A stretch of 64,000 nucleotides of DNA from Carcharhinus amblyrhynchos (GCA_965287045.1 OZ336883.1:39990001-40054000), one strand, 5' to 3'. Shown: positions 34,944 to 47,654, numbered from the stretch's first letter. A program made the numbers and translations. The notes: generated from the letters alone by a model not told the origin.

Positions 34944-37900
34944 CTAAAACTTGCAGAAATAAAGTTTACAATGTTCAAAATGCCTGCTGCATCTGCAAGC
35001 CACCTTTCTCCTCCTACACTCTGACTCAACATCTGAACGAATGATTTTTTTTGTCTGTGTGTTCCAAAAGGGCCAAATTCACTAATTATACATTGTGAAA
35101 GGAATTTGCTTCAGTGTAAGATGATCCTAGCGATATGCTAATCCCCTTTTCTGCTTGCTGCTGCCTGGAGCCTGTGCTTAATATTGTTTTTTTTTCACTG
35201 TACAACAATAAAAGTTGAGGCAACAAAGAAAATAAATGCGCAGCTAAGAAGGTGCAGCTCCAACACATGGCAGACCATTTTTCTCCTCTCCTTCTGGCTG
35301 CTCTTTTGTAGGCAAGTGACAGAATACAGCGCCTCTAAGTCAAAAGCAGAAACCCTGCAACTTACTGTGACACACTGGCCCTCACACTGAAGATCTATGA
35401 ATAGTCAGCATCAACAGACAAAACGGAACTAATCTTTTGTGACAGATTTATTCGTTTTCAGGGAATGGCTTGCTACAGACTCAATGCACTCCAAGCACAT
35501 GCATCAACAATGGAGACCTTCTGCATGAAAACACTTGTCAGTCTCACAATTACCCCCCCTCCTTCAAAAAAAACACAAAATCAGTTCTTAATTATTGTAA
35601 ACATTGAATGGTCTCAAAATGATATCGCCAGAAGTTTTACGAGTTGATTGTACCTCCGAAAGTAGTTGCATGTACAGGGTTCCATCCAAAGGTACAAGCA
35701 AGTGACAGTGACTGGCATCTGCGTTTATTTTTTTAAAAAAAGGCTTGCAAACATGTCCCTCCATCTGACACCAGTTTAAAGTCTGCACCAGGCCATAAGC
35801 AAAAAGTGTGAGTTTGTAATGTGGCCTCAGCAGCTGCAATAGTACCATTTAAAATTCAGCTTACTCGCAGGAAGAGGGCTAATCCTACCCCCATAATTCC
35901 CTACAGCCAAACTGTCCCCCTCCTTGACTGACAGTGAAATGCAAAAGACACTACCATGCTTATCTCACACAACCAGATGGCGGGCTTGGATCAATGCACA
36001 CATGCCATGATCAATGTGAGCGATAAAGAATTAGGAAAACAGTACTACATGCTCCCAGAAAGCTTGTACACTGCATAATTATTTTATGATTCTACACATG
36101 GTTACATATGATACTGAAGTCGAGGAGGAAGGTGATAATGAGACTGACAGAAATAATTTTTTGACTTGTACTTTAAAACACTGCAAAAAGCTAGCAGTTT
36201 GGCATCTGGAAGTCAAGCTCCATCAAACTTATCAAATGCTTAAAGATATCTTTTAAGCCTCGTGTTAAAGAGCAATAAGGTTTATGGGTTTTTTTTTGAA
36301 AATGAACCTAATATTGATTATGCTGCTGTAATGAAATGTCATTACTTCACAGTAAAAGGCAAATGAAGCCAGTGAAAAGGAACCCATTACAACCCGTGCA
36401 CATGGAGGAAGCATCGAAGGTTGTTGTTGTTTTACATGGAAAGAAAAAGCACACAATTCTGTGATCACTGATTGTAGGCACCAGCCAAATGCAGGCACAT
36501 AAAGCAGTTGATAAGTTATTTTTATCTGGAAGCTGTTTATTGCGCAGTGATGCATGCAAATGAAATGTTTGATGTGCTTCTACCCTCTCCCATCACCAAT
36601 AGCAATACCAGAACCCATTCCAACCCACAACTTCTTTCTCTTTAAGTAGGGACGTGTAACATTCAGCTTCGGATACAGACCCTACGTGGCTTCTAAAGTG
36701 AAACTATAGCCGAAACTATAGGCAGGTGCTAGGCTGTGCAACATAAAAGAAATCGCTGCCTTTTGCATAAATTGTAAAAAAAATCAAAAAAGCCGGTAAT
36801 TAAGCTATTATAATAAGTGAGTGCCCTCAAGCTGGTTTACCTGGTTTTACAAGGTTTTGTGTGCATGTGTGGGAGATTCCTGAATGAAGCACTCATCTCC
36901 TGTGGCTGCCACAAACCGGGAGCTGAAAATCTTTCTGGGTTAGCTGATATCCACTTAACTCCAGCAAAAAAAATCAAACGCAGGGGGAGGTGAGGGGGCA
37001 ATGAAGGGAAGATAACGTTTATATGATATTGGCAGGGCTGGGCTGGGATGGTTGAAAGTCATCCGGGAACTGCAAAAAAAAGGAAGTTTCTGGTGGCTTT
37101 CCACACAACAGCAAATGGATCCTATCGACTGGCTGCAGTTTGTAACGCGGTTTCTGGGAGGTCAAACATTTGTCCTTTACAACCAAGCAAAACATTTATG
37201 TTAAATGTAAAAGCAGTTCTAGCGTCTTGAACTAATACAAGCTTATGTGCTAAGGGCCGTGTAGACAGAGGGCGCCACCAAGAGGCTTCTTTGTAATGCT
37301 TGTCACTTCAATTGCAATAGTTTGAAGATCACAGTGAAGTGATCCAGGCTGTTGAAGAGAACATCAGTCAGCCGAGTAGAAATGTAATCGCTTCCCCCTT
37401 TTTATTTTGCAGAGTTTTCTTTAACAACTCCAAGATCACACAAGCTCCACATCCTAGAAACGTGTAGAAGCATGAAATTTAATTTTTTTAATAAAAAAAC
37501 TTCCCTGAGGGTATATATGGAAAGATATTTCATACAACCTGTAACTCAATGCAGATAATTACATGAGACGATAAGTTTTCCTTCTGTAACAAAGCCTCAT
37601 TTTCACTCAGCTATAATAATGTTAACATTGCAAATCGGACTGAGCTTGAATTTTTCAGTGAAGCTGTACAGCTTGGGCGAAGACCACCTCAGTCTGATAT
37701 CAGCTTCTTTTCTTGGCATGAGATAAGAGGCTGCAAATATCGGTTCTATCTGCTGGTTCCCCCTGGATGCATCTTAATGACACACATTCTCCAAAAAGAC
37801 AGTCAGCACTGACAAAGGGGCCTTTCTGAAAAATTAAGTTGCCCTACTCTGCAGATGCTGATTTATCCACTGTACGTTTGAATTACTTTTGTTCTCAATC

Positions 37901-37974
37901 CAGATTTGTGGTTTTCATGGATTTACTAGAAGCAAACAAATTACTTTGATACCTCGTTCCGGGATATCTTGCCA

Positions 37975-38700
37975 ATCTCAGCGGAAGAATTGAGTCCAAC
38001 TTTGGCCATACGCTTCAGGAGCTATGTCGAGGTCTCGGAGAGAGTGTAAGGATATTTAGCAGAATGATATCGGGGATGAGGAGCTACAGTTATGTGTAGG
38101 GATTAGGGAAGCTGGCATTGTTCTTCTGAGAGAAGGGAACGTTAGCAGGAGATTTCATAGCACTGATCAAAGTTGTGAGGTGTTCTGACGGAGTGGATGA
38201 ACAGAAACTGTTTTCTCCGGCTGCTGTAACCAAAGGATACAGATGTTGAGAAAAGAAGTAGTTTTTTAAAGTTTATTTATTAGTGTCACAAAGTAGGCTT
38301 ACTTTAACACTGCAGTGAAATCACTGCGAAAATCCCTCTAGTTGCCACACTTTGGCGCCTGTTCAGATACAGAGAGAGAATTTAGCATGGCCAATGCATC
38401 TAACCAGCACGTCTTTCAGACTGTGGGAGGAAACCGGAGCACCCGGAGGAAACTCACAGGGAAAACGTGCAGACTTCACACAAAGTGACTCAAGCTGGGA
38501 CTCGAACCCAGGTCTCTAGCGCTGTGAGGCAGCAGTGCTGCACACTGTGCCACCCCATAGCTTTCCAAGGGGGATTGAACAGATACGTGAATAGGAAAGA
38601 GTTGTAAGGCTATATGGAAAAAGCAGAGAAGTAAAATTAATTGGACAATCTTTTTCAACAAAACAGTGAGTCAACTGGCCCCATTCTGTGCAGGATGGTT
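37975..38700 (+). mobile_element. Old CR1 3' fragment, interrupted by a SINE
   Basis: VQLWP.F...LERV.GYL..MISGMR-like remnant and CR1-like 3' UTR. Confidence 0.6.
38266..38556 (-). mobile_element. HE1-like V-SINE, type-B tail
   Basis: AAGTTTATTTATTAGTGTCACA...TGTGGGAGGAAACCGGAGCACCCGG. Confidence 0.9.
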
Positions 38701-39751
38701 CGACAATAAGAATATTAAATTGACTCAGCTATTCTCAATGGTAAATCTTCCAAGCTCCGATTACTATCTGCATTAAGAAGATTTAGATAACCTCTCTCCT
38801 CACTCTCAGTAATAAATATAAATTGACGACCCCTGGTCTCTGACTTCCCCACCAGAGGAAATAGGCTTTCACTAATCGCTCTATCAAATTTTTAAGTTTC
38901 ATAAAATCTTAGATCTTTTAGCCTTTTCAGCTTTGGTGGAAATAACCCCAATATCTCAAGTCCCTCCTCATTACTGTATTTCCAATCTCTGACTACGTTC
39001 ACTATTCTGCTTGCAATTTCAATCTCGCTGAACCAGTTACTTTTGAGAATGTTGTTCTTATGGTTTGTACAGGACTCTCCTTTCCCGCAATTCATGTATA
39101 AGGACTTCCAAACACTTGGCCATCTCAACTAGCCATTCATGCTCTTGGAACTTCTATTTCAGATTGTGTTGGTAAACGCTGGCCCATCCTCTGTGCAAAT
39201 GGAAAGGCTTGAACACCACCTAATTTGTTTATGTGGCACTCAGCAGTAATGTTGGATGGTCCGCTGTTTGAATTGTGGCTGCATCATTTACCCATAATGG
39301 ATATTGGCCAGGGCATATTTTGCATTTATTTATATAATCTGTGCTGCAATTGACGCTTTGCTGCAGTTGCCGTTACCACACCTGATAACCAGAAAGGAGA
39401 GATAACACTTTGTAATCCTAGGGGGTATTCTATAATTAGGGGATATTTAAAAGTAGGACTTTTTTTCTCTGTTTCTGTACAGTAATGTGGTAACTGATGC
39501 TGCAAATAACTTTAACAATTACAAATGGTATCTTACGTGAACTCTACAGCCAGAAACATGAGGTCACTCTTTGATTAAACATTTGACCTTACACAGCCCA
39601 TAATCTTAATTAAATTTCATTTTTTTATAGAATGAAGTGGTTTGCATTCGAAAATATTGAAAATAGTTGATTACGGAATAAAGACAATACATGAATAAAC
39701 ATTTGATGATTGATCATAAATTAAACATCACAATTTTCAATCAAAGAAGAA

Positions 39752-39905
39752 AGAAGAAAGGAAATTACAGCACAGGTACAGGCCCTTCGGCCCTCCAATC
39801 TTGCACCAACCATGCTGCCCCTTTTGAACTAAAATCCCCTACCCTTCTGGGGACCATATCCCTTTTCCCATCTATTCATCTATTTTCAAGATGCCCCTTA
39901 AAGTC
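39752..39905 (-). mobile_element. CR1 3' tail
   Basis: Homologous to 6725-6880. Confidence 0.8.
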
Positions 39906-39949
39906 AATCTTTATGATTGTTACTATAAAATTATTGTATCATAAGTTAC

Positions 39950-40712
39950 TCCTTTCCTCAGCTTGGTATGGCTCCAGCTCCGACCAGGACCGCAAGAAAC
40001 TACAAAGGTTGTGAACATAGCCCAGCTCATCATGCAAACCAGCCTCCCATCCATTGACTCTGTCTACACTTCCCACTGCCTCAGGAAAGCAGCCAGCATA
40101 ACCAAGGACCCCATGCACCCCGGATATACTTTCTTCCACCTTCTTCCTTCGGCAAAAAAATCCAAACTTCTCAAGATCACATTCCTTTCGACTCAAGAAC
40201 AGCTTCTTCCCTGCCGCCATCAAACTCTTGAATGAATCTACCATATATTAAGCTGACCCTAGCTATGACTGTAACACTATATTCTGCATCCTCTCCATTC
40301 ATTCTCCCCCATGTACTTTATGAACAGGATGCTTTTTCTGTGTAGCGCACAAGTAACAATACTAGGGGGCAACATGGTGGCTCAATGGTTAGCACCACTG
40401 CCTCACAATGCCAAGGACCCAGGTTCAATTCCTGGCTTGGGTCACTGTCTGTGTGGAGTCTGCACGTTCTCCCCATGTTGGTGTGGATTCCTCTGGGTGC
40501 TCTGGTTTCCTCCCACAGTCTGAAAGATGTCTGGTCAGGTGCATTGGCAATGCTAAATTCTCCCTCAGTATACCTGAACAGATGCTGGAGTGTGACGACT
40601 AAGGGATTTTCACAGTAACTTCATTGCAGTGTTAATGTCAGCCTACTTGTGACACTAATAAATAGAAATTTTGCACTGTTTATCAATACATGTGACAATA
40701 ATCAATCAAATT
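39950..40712 (+). mobile_element. Rex1/Babar LINE 3' fragment, interrupted by a type-B SINE
   Basis: AWYGSSSDQDRKKLQR; ends CATGTGACAATAATCAATCAAAT. Confidence 0.85.
40364..40665 (+). mobile_element. HE1-like V-SINE, type-B tail
   Basis: Full copy. Confidence 0.9.
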
Positions 40713-42301
40713 AAAGTGTGAGTTACTTCTGTAGACACTGAAGTGTCTGTGGAGTTTAAAGTGTACTGATCCTAGTTTCCCTGCTTCTCAGCATTCCAAG
40801 CGGCAGAAAGATATCTGTCATTTGCTCCTTTATCATGCACCTGTTAAGCTTGACTAGATATTTCAGCCAGATCAGTACCAACAAAAGCTGAGCTGGTCTC
40901 GCAGTTTGACAGTCTTCCCTTTGAAAAGTGTTTTTTTTTAAACTTTCATATCACCAACTGAAGTGTAAATGTAAATCTCCTCATTCCCTGATGACACTTC
41001 GGAGTTTCCATTTTGACCTAAATGTATTTGAATGCAGCACAAAATTACACACCCAGATGAGACAGCAGGAAGCTTGAACATGTAGTGTGTCTGCAATGAC
41101 CAACAAGGCTACGTCTGAGAGTCCAAGCAGTCACACAATGCCTGAACTCACACTAAACTAATATATATTTAAAAAGAGGGTAACATGGCCTATATCTGTC
41201 TTTCACCTGTAACTGCAACAAGCACCATTCAACACAATAGTTTTAATAAAGTAATTCTTTAAATGCCAGAGTTGATGTGTTATTATTGCTACAATCTAAT
41301 CACTTTCCATTGTAATTTACATGTATATAGAAACCAAACATATTTACATAAAAACATACACATGAACAGGGCACTAGGCTTTAGTCATAAATATTTTCAG
41401 GCATTGCTTAGAAACAAACCCAGTACACAGTGGCTTTCAAAAGCTGCAAACCAACACATTGACACATCTAATTTAGAATAGAACTGATGCAAACAAAACA
41501 AGACCAGCAGTGGATCACACAACAACAGAGATTGTGTTTTGTGGTTTAACTAAAATTCTACATATCTTGATCCAGATTTATTCAAAACTGTGTCACTTTT
41601 TTTGCTGTTGATCTTTATAGATGTATATTTTTAAAAAGTGCTGGAAAGGTTTGATCAACCTTGTTTAATCTGAGTGACATTTACAACATCAGATTTATAG
41701 ATGTAGAGACCATGGTGCAATATAAACATTAAATAGAAATGAATGGCACTGAGGAGGGAGAACTGGCTCTCACTTTTCACTGATGGCGTGGGTAGGGATT
41801 ATGATGAGCAGAGGTGCAACTGAATCCTGAGAAAGTGGTTTCCCAAGATATTTTAAGTTTAGATTATGAATTCTTTGAACTCCAGATGAAAACATATTTG
41901 AAAAAACACCATCCAATATTTCATGGTCATTCATCAAATCAACCAGGACAAAAACAAGGGAGAAACACAACATCAAGTTCCATCAACTCCACAGCACATT
42001 TGACCTATTCTGAGTTTAACACTGCAAATATTTTAACAAATATTTTCAAATGTTTGCAAATATCCATTACAAAAAACAAACGAGGTGACAAAAGATATGT
42101 TTTACTCGTGAAACTTTTCAATGCATTTCTATCTCTGGGTAATGGTTGGCAAATCAACTCATTTAAAAATCTTCAAGTAATTTGATTTGATTTATTATCG
42201 TCACATATATTGGAATACAGTGAAAAGTATTGTTTCTTGTATGTTATACAGACAAAACATACTGTTCATAGAGTACATTGGGGAGAAGGAAAGGAATATA
42301 G

Positions 42302-42847
42302 TGTTCAGCCAGCAGTAGGGAAACTTCAGTTGCAAGCAATAAAATAACTAACTTTAGAGAATAAATCAAAGGAAAATGTTTAATAAAAAAACTTTGTTTT
42401 TTAATTTTTTAAAAATCCAATTCAATCAAATCAAGTCCAATTCAGAGTCTCAACAAGTCTCCTGTCTTGAGCTTGATCTACATGATCCAAGCTGATTGGA
42501 GTAGGCATAACTCCTCTTCCAAGTCTTGATCTCATTTCCATCTTAGCTAAAAGGCCAAGATGCCGCATTTAAAAATTGCTTCAAATGAAGCTAAAATGTA
42601 ACCTAACGACTTCAACCAAGTACACCATGTCGATACTACACTTGATCTTAGCCAGAAAGCCAAAAGATTTAATAAAAAAACTTTGTTATTCCAGCACTTG
42701 GGGCTACACCATAAGCCATAGAAGCTCCCCACAATTCCCATCTGCTTTCTAGATATACAGGGTCAACCAGTCAGCTGACCCTCACAGCATGTTACCATTG
42801 GTTACATTATAACAAATGCCAATGTTGTCATTGGTTACATTATAACA
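42302..42847 (-). mobile_element. Short solo LTR (~257 bp without its insert)
   Basis: TGTT...AACA termini; 5-bp TSD TATAG (42297-42301 / 42848-42852); two CCAAT boxes and ATTAAA on the minus strand. Confidence 0.7.
42399..42667 (-). mobile_element. U2 snRNA-headed short retroposon
   Basis: 5' end matches U2 nt ~1-40 (perfect TGGCTAAGATCAAGTGTAGTATC); A-rich tail; perfect 20-bp TSD TTTAATAAAAAAACTTTGTT (42379-42398 / 42668-42687). Confidence 0.85.
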
Positions 42848-43884
42848 TATAGTGTTACATAGTCATAGCTAGGATGTAGAGATCAGCTTAAAAAAGGTTC
42901 AAAAGTCTGATGGTAGCAGGGAAGAAACTGATCTTGATTCAGTTGGTATGTGACCTCAGACTTCTGTATCGTTTTCCAAATGGAAGAAGGTGGAAGAGAG
43001 TCTGTCCAGGGGTGTGGTGGGGTCCTTGATTATGCTGATTGCTTTTCTGAGACAGAAGCAAGTGTAGACAGAGTCAATGATTTGCATAATGGACTGGGCT
43101 ATGTTCACAACTCTTGTAGTTTCTTGCGATCTTAGTCAGAGCAGAGCCATACCAAACTGTGATACATCTAAAAAGAATGCTTTCTATGATGCATCTGTAA
43201 AATTTGCACCATAGTGCCAAGTGACCTGAAAATGGTCATAGGGTGTGACCAGCCTGTGTCCATTCGTTCCGATACAGGGAGCATGCAAAGTATGTGCTAC
43301 CTGCTCACGTATACAACAGTAGCATGCAACCAGTGATAAGTTGCATGTGGCTGCGTGCCTGGGCAAAATTGTCAGTGCCATCACAAGTTCACATTAGCTA
43401 CACGTTAGCCTTCTTCACCCAAAGAATGAAAGGCAGACTTAAATGGGAGGTGCATTTTGACTGAGCATCATTTTAGCAGGAAGATCCCAAAGGGAAAGAG
43501 ACTAGAATGGCAGAGTGGGCTCTAAGATTTTCAACGTCGAACTGAAGGCCTTAGTGCAGGATGTTCAAAGAAAATGAGAGGTTTCCTATCCACAGAGGAA
43601 TGGAGATCCCTCCAGACAGACATTGTAAAGTCAATGGGAGCAGGAAGCCAATCACTGTCAGTGCTAGCAGTCTAGCCCTAAGAATCTGGATAAGGTGATG
43701 CAAGGCATTTAATGACCACACAAATGATTAAGGTCAGTGAATGCTTCTAGCAGTCCTTATATCTGAATCACTAGCCTCGTGCACTGCTCAGTGTTAATGT
43801 TGATCATAAAACACTGTCATTTGCTCTCAGACTCGCAGCCCAGCTTGGAACTGACACTGCGAAACAGTACAGTGAAAGTTTACC

Positions 43885-44343
43885 AGTCTGATTCCGGGGA
43901 TGGCAGGACCGATTAATGAGGAGAGGCTAATTAGGTTAGGATTGTTTTTGCTGGAGTTCAGACAAATGAGGGGGAATCTCGTAGAGACTTATGAAATTCT
44001 AACAGGATAGATACAGGGAGAATGTTCCTGATGGTGGGGTAGTCCAGAACCAGGGTTCACAGCCTGAGGATTCAGAGGAGACCATTTATGATGGAACCAA
44101 GGTGACATTTCTTCACCCAAAGAGTGGTGAGCCTGTGGAATTCATTACCACAGGAAGTAGTTGATGCCAAAACATTGAATGTATCCAAAGATGGCTAGAT
44201 CTAGCACTTAGGGCAAATGGGATGAAAGGTTATGGGAAGAAAGCAGGATTATGCGATTGAGTTGGATGATCAGCCATGATCATGATGAATGGTGGAGCAG
44301 ACTCAAAGGGCTGAATGGCCTCCTCCTGGTCCTATCTTCTATG
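43885..44343 (+). mobile_element. CR1 3' fragment
   Basis: EERLIRLGLF.LEFRQMRGNL; FFTQRVVSLWNSLP; CR1 3' UTR. Confidence 0.88.
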
Positions 44344-46019
44344 ACACAGTGAGAATTTTAGAGAGCAGTTTAGAGGTGGGATTTGAATGTGCTCAGTCAC
44401 AGAGTCTGAAGGGCCAGCATCCAGGGCAAAGAGAAAAGGAAGCATAGGTTCCAGCTCACCACTGGGTATGGTTGCAAACTGTGCTACAACAGCCTCTAGT
44501 GAGGAATTGACAGGATGTTGTAGAGAACTGACAGATAGGAACACGGAAGTGTTTGATGCATTGGCAGACCTGTCAAAATGTTTCTACCCACTGCCAACGG
44601 GCATTGAGGAACCCAGCACCAAATTGCAGAGGCTTTATGTGGAACCTTCTCAGCCTTTTGGCTAAGAATGAAGGTCAGATCAAGGCCAGGATGGGGTGCA
44701 ATGCCTCATCTTGACAGCTTGAATTTTGTTTGTCTTTCTTGTGGGGACCATGAATTGGGTTCAATTTGAATTTGGATTTTGGAGCAAACAAAGAGATGGA
44801 TTCCGGCTGGTCCATTCTGCAAACTGATTTTGTAACTTTAAAATTGAAATAAAAAATTAGAAAAAAAAGCTTTGAGCAGAAACTAAAGGCCACCCTCTCC
44901 AGTGTGGAAATGGTGATCAATTCCACTGGAAACACAAAAGCCAAATGCTCTCAATGCTGGTAAGCTGAAATTAAACGCAGAAAATGATAAGCCATCAACT
45001 GGAATTGTTGACTCTGTTTCTCTGTCTACAAGATGCTGCCAGCTCTGTTGAGCTTTTTTTTTGATCCATTACCATGATTGCAGACTAAACCATAATGCAG
45101 CATTTGAGAGGTAATATCTCAACTTCCATCGCAGTGTAAGTCAAATAATATCTATGTGCTACTCCTGCAAGCTCAGCTTGCTGCTACAATTACTCAGACT
45201 ACTGCCATCCTGGCCGCGGTTACCTGTAGACAAAGGCCTGAGACTACTGGGAAAGTAGCTCCCAGAGAAGTCACGCCAAAGACAATCCACAGGCACAATA
45301 AGGTTTACTTGAAGAACTGTGCTCCTCGCACTCTGGCCCCCAAGCAGCTGTAGGGGCGGCTTCCCAGGCAGGTCGCTTCACCCTCTGGGTCACCTGACCT
45401 ATCCTCTTAAAGGGGCTACGCCCCCTCCCCAAACACAACAAAAGGCTTGCAACATCAAAGAGCAGTCCAGCAATCTGTCTTTCAGCACCAACTACTAGGA
45501 TTGCTGAGGTGCTGCCTTTTGGGATTGGCAGAGGGATCAGGAAGCACGAACTTGCACTGACCTCTCTCAACTTGCACCACTGCAACTATGCAGACACCCC
45601 ATGCCAAGGTAGTGCAGTCCAAAGCTGGGGCTTGTCTGACCACAGCTGCATGAGGTTGTCCTCCAAGACAAATGGCGTGCTTCCATTCTGAGGTTTGGCA
45701 GCATTCTTCAGCCCTGCTTCAGCTATTGGATAGCACTGCCGAGGAGAACTGGGATAGGCAAAAGCATAGGGAAGGCAGACACTGAGGGCACTCACAGAGG
45801 TGACTAACTGACTTTTACATGGAATATTGGATGGTTTGATTGATAAAGTGATTTGTTTTGGTTTCAGTTTGTAGTGATTTTTATTTCAGCATTGTGGCCA
45901 AGTGGGTCAATAACAGAAGGAAGGTAAGGTAAAGAATGAATGGAGAATTACAATCACTTTCATTGAATCCATAGTTGGCAGAACCAAAAACTTGTCCATA
46001 TTTTCTATATTTCTACTGG

Positions 46020-46160
46020 GGTGAAAGGGATCGTGGGATATGGGGGAGCGGGCAGGATCAGAATATTGATTTGGATGATCAGCCATGATCAAAATGACTG
46101 GTGGCACAGGCCCAAAGGGCCAAATGGCCAACTCCTGTTCCTATTTTTCCATGTTTCTTC
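46020..46160 (+). mobile_element. CR1 3' tail
   Basis: GGATGATCAGCCATGATC...AATGGCC...CTCCTG. Confidence 0.8.
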
Positions 46161-46939
46161 CTCCTCTTCACCAGTTGGGCTTTGACAGAGTGAATCCTTT
46201 GTAGTTGTTGTATATCTCTGAATTTATATACGTCACCCAAAAAGTGATGTATATGCAGTCATGGGCACCTTACACAATGGGAATTTGTTATCCTGGCATT
46301 GCCAAGTGCTTACTCCACCTGTATCTGCCTGGAAAGAGAGAATGTAATATCTTCCCCTCTCTTTACTTACAGAACGTCAGCGACTTCCCTTATATGGAAG
46401 TAGAAGATGTGCTGCAAGATACTAAAACATTGCCTGTTCTAGCCTGGAAGGAGTTCAACATGAAGAAATTGAAGATTATGGTCACTTTTACAGCTACTGG
46501 CAATGCCATCCTCACCCAGCTCTGAGATTCAGTTCCACCTGCAGCAGGTGACAGATTCAGTGAACCCATGCTTAGTGAAATGGTAATGGCACACACACCA
46601 TTCCTTGCTGAGATAGAAATAGGAGAATTGCTTCCCAAAGAGTCTGGAGGGATGTGATGTCCTGATGAGAACCCTTGTCCTCCCTCTCCTTCCTCTTTAA
46701 GAAGCTTGTTCCCTTCCAGTGTCACCTTTGCTCATTCTCTCCTACCCTGCTGCAGGTCCAGAGGTTAGAAATTTCAATAAACCTGACTGGGAGCGAGTGA
46801 TATGGGCAGAATCCTTGAGGTGAGGTCAAAGCCCCCATTACATGCTGCACCATTTTCTGTCGACTTCACTAACGTTAAGTAGCAGTATAACCATCCAAAC
46901 CTAAAGTTAGCAGAACAAAAATCAACTAATCAGAAGGTA

Positions 46940-47244
46940 CCATAGAGTGATAGAGTTCCTACAGTCTAGAAGGAGGCCATTCGACCCATCAAAACTGCAC
47001 CGATTTCCCGAAAGACCATCTTACCCAAGCCTCAGATCCAATTTATCACCTAACCCCATGCATTTACCATGGCCAATCCTAATCTACAGATCTTTGGACT
47101 GTGGGAGGAAACTAGAGCACCTGGGGGAAACCCACCCAGAAATAGAGAGAATGTGCAAACTCCATATAGACAGTCTCCCACAGTCGGACTCGAACCCTGG
47201 TGCTGTGAGGCAGCAATGCTAACCCCTGTGCCACCATGCTGCCC
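46940..47244 (-). mobile_element. HE1-like V-SINE
   Basis: Full copy, head-to-head with the next. Confidence 0.85.
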
Positions 47245-47347
47245 TCAAAGTAGTTGATTATTCCATTAAATAGTGCTGGTATTGGGCATCTCTTCTCCTG
47301 CTGCACACATGTTCAGCTTTGCGAGATGAAGAAAGGGCATTAGCTGG

Positions 47348-47653
47348 AGGATGGCACAGTGGTTAGCACCGCCTCCTCACAATGCCAGGGACCCAGGTTC
47401 AACTCCAACCTTGGGTGACTGTGTGGAGTTTGCACATTCTCCCAGTGTCTGCATAGGTTTCCACCAGGTGCTCTGGTTTCCCCCACACTACAAAGATGTG
47501 CAGGTTAGGTGGAATGACCACACTAAATTTCACCTTAATGTCAGGTGTGCTAGCAGGGTAAATATGTGGGGTTAGGGAGATATGGCCTGAATGGGACTGT
47601 TATTAGTACAGGCTCGATGGGCCAAATGGCCTCCTTCTCTGGGATTCTATGAT
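47348..47653 (+). mobile_element. HE1-like V-SINE, CR1-type tail
   Basis: Full copy. Confidence 0.88.
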
Positions 47654-47654
47654 T

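Larger units (their letters stand above)
42180..43205 (-). mobile_element. Rex1/Babar LINE 3' fragment hosting a solo LTR
   Basis: 42180-42301 and 42848-43205 align contiguously with 14286-14785. Confidence 0.85.
43210..46860. mobile_element. Decayed two-gene PIF/Harbinger element with CR1 insertions
   Basis: Myb/SANT-like on + (ELKALVQDVQRK...QWEQ...KAFND, 43530-43730), convergent with transposase on - (ALPVAVKVTIIFNFF...SFQ; GAHDCIY; YNNYKGF; 46165-46520). Confidence 0.65.

Noticed and set aside
41814-42185. 123-aa ORF as a gene
   Set aside because: GTG start, no recognisable domain, no convincing splice sites
42632-42668. Functional U2 snRNA gene
   Set aside because: Only about 40 nt of U2, with a mutated 5' stem; no Sm site or 3' domain; flanked by a TSD
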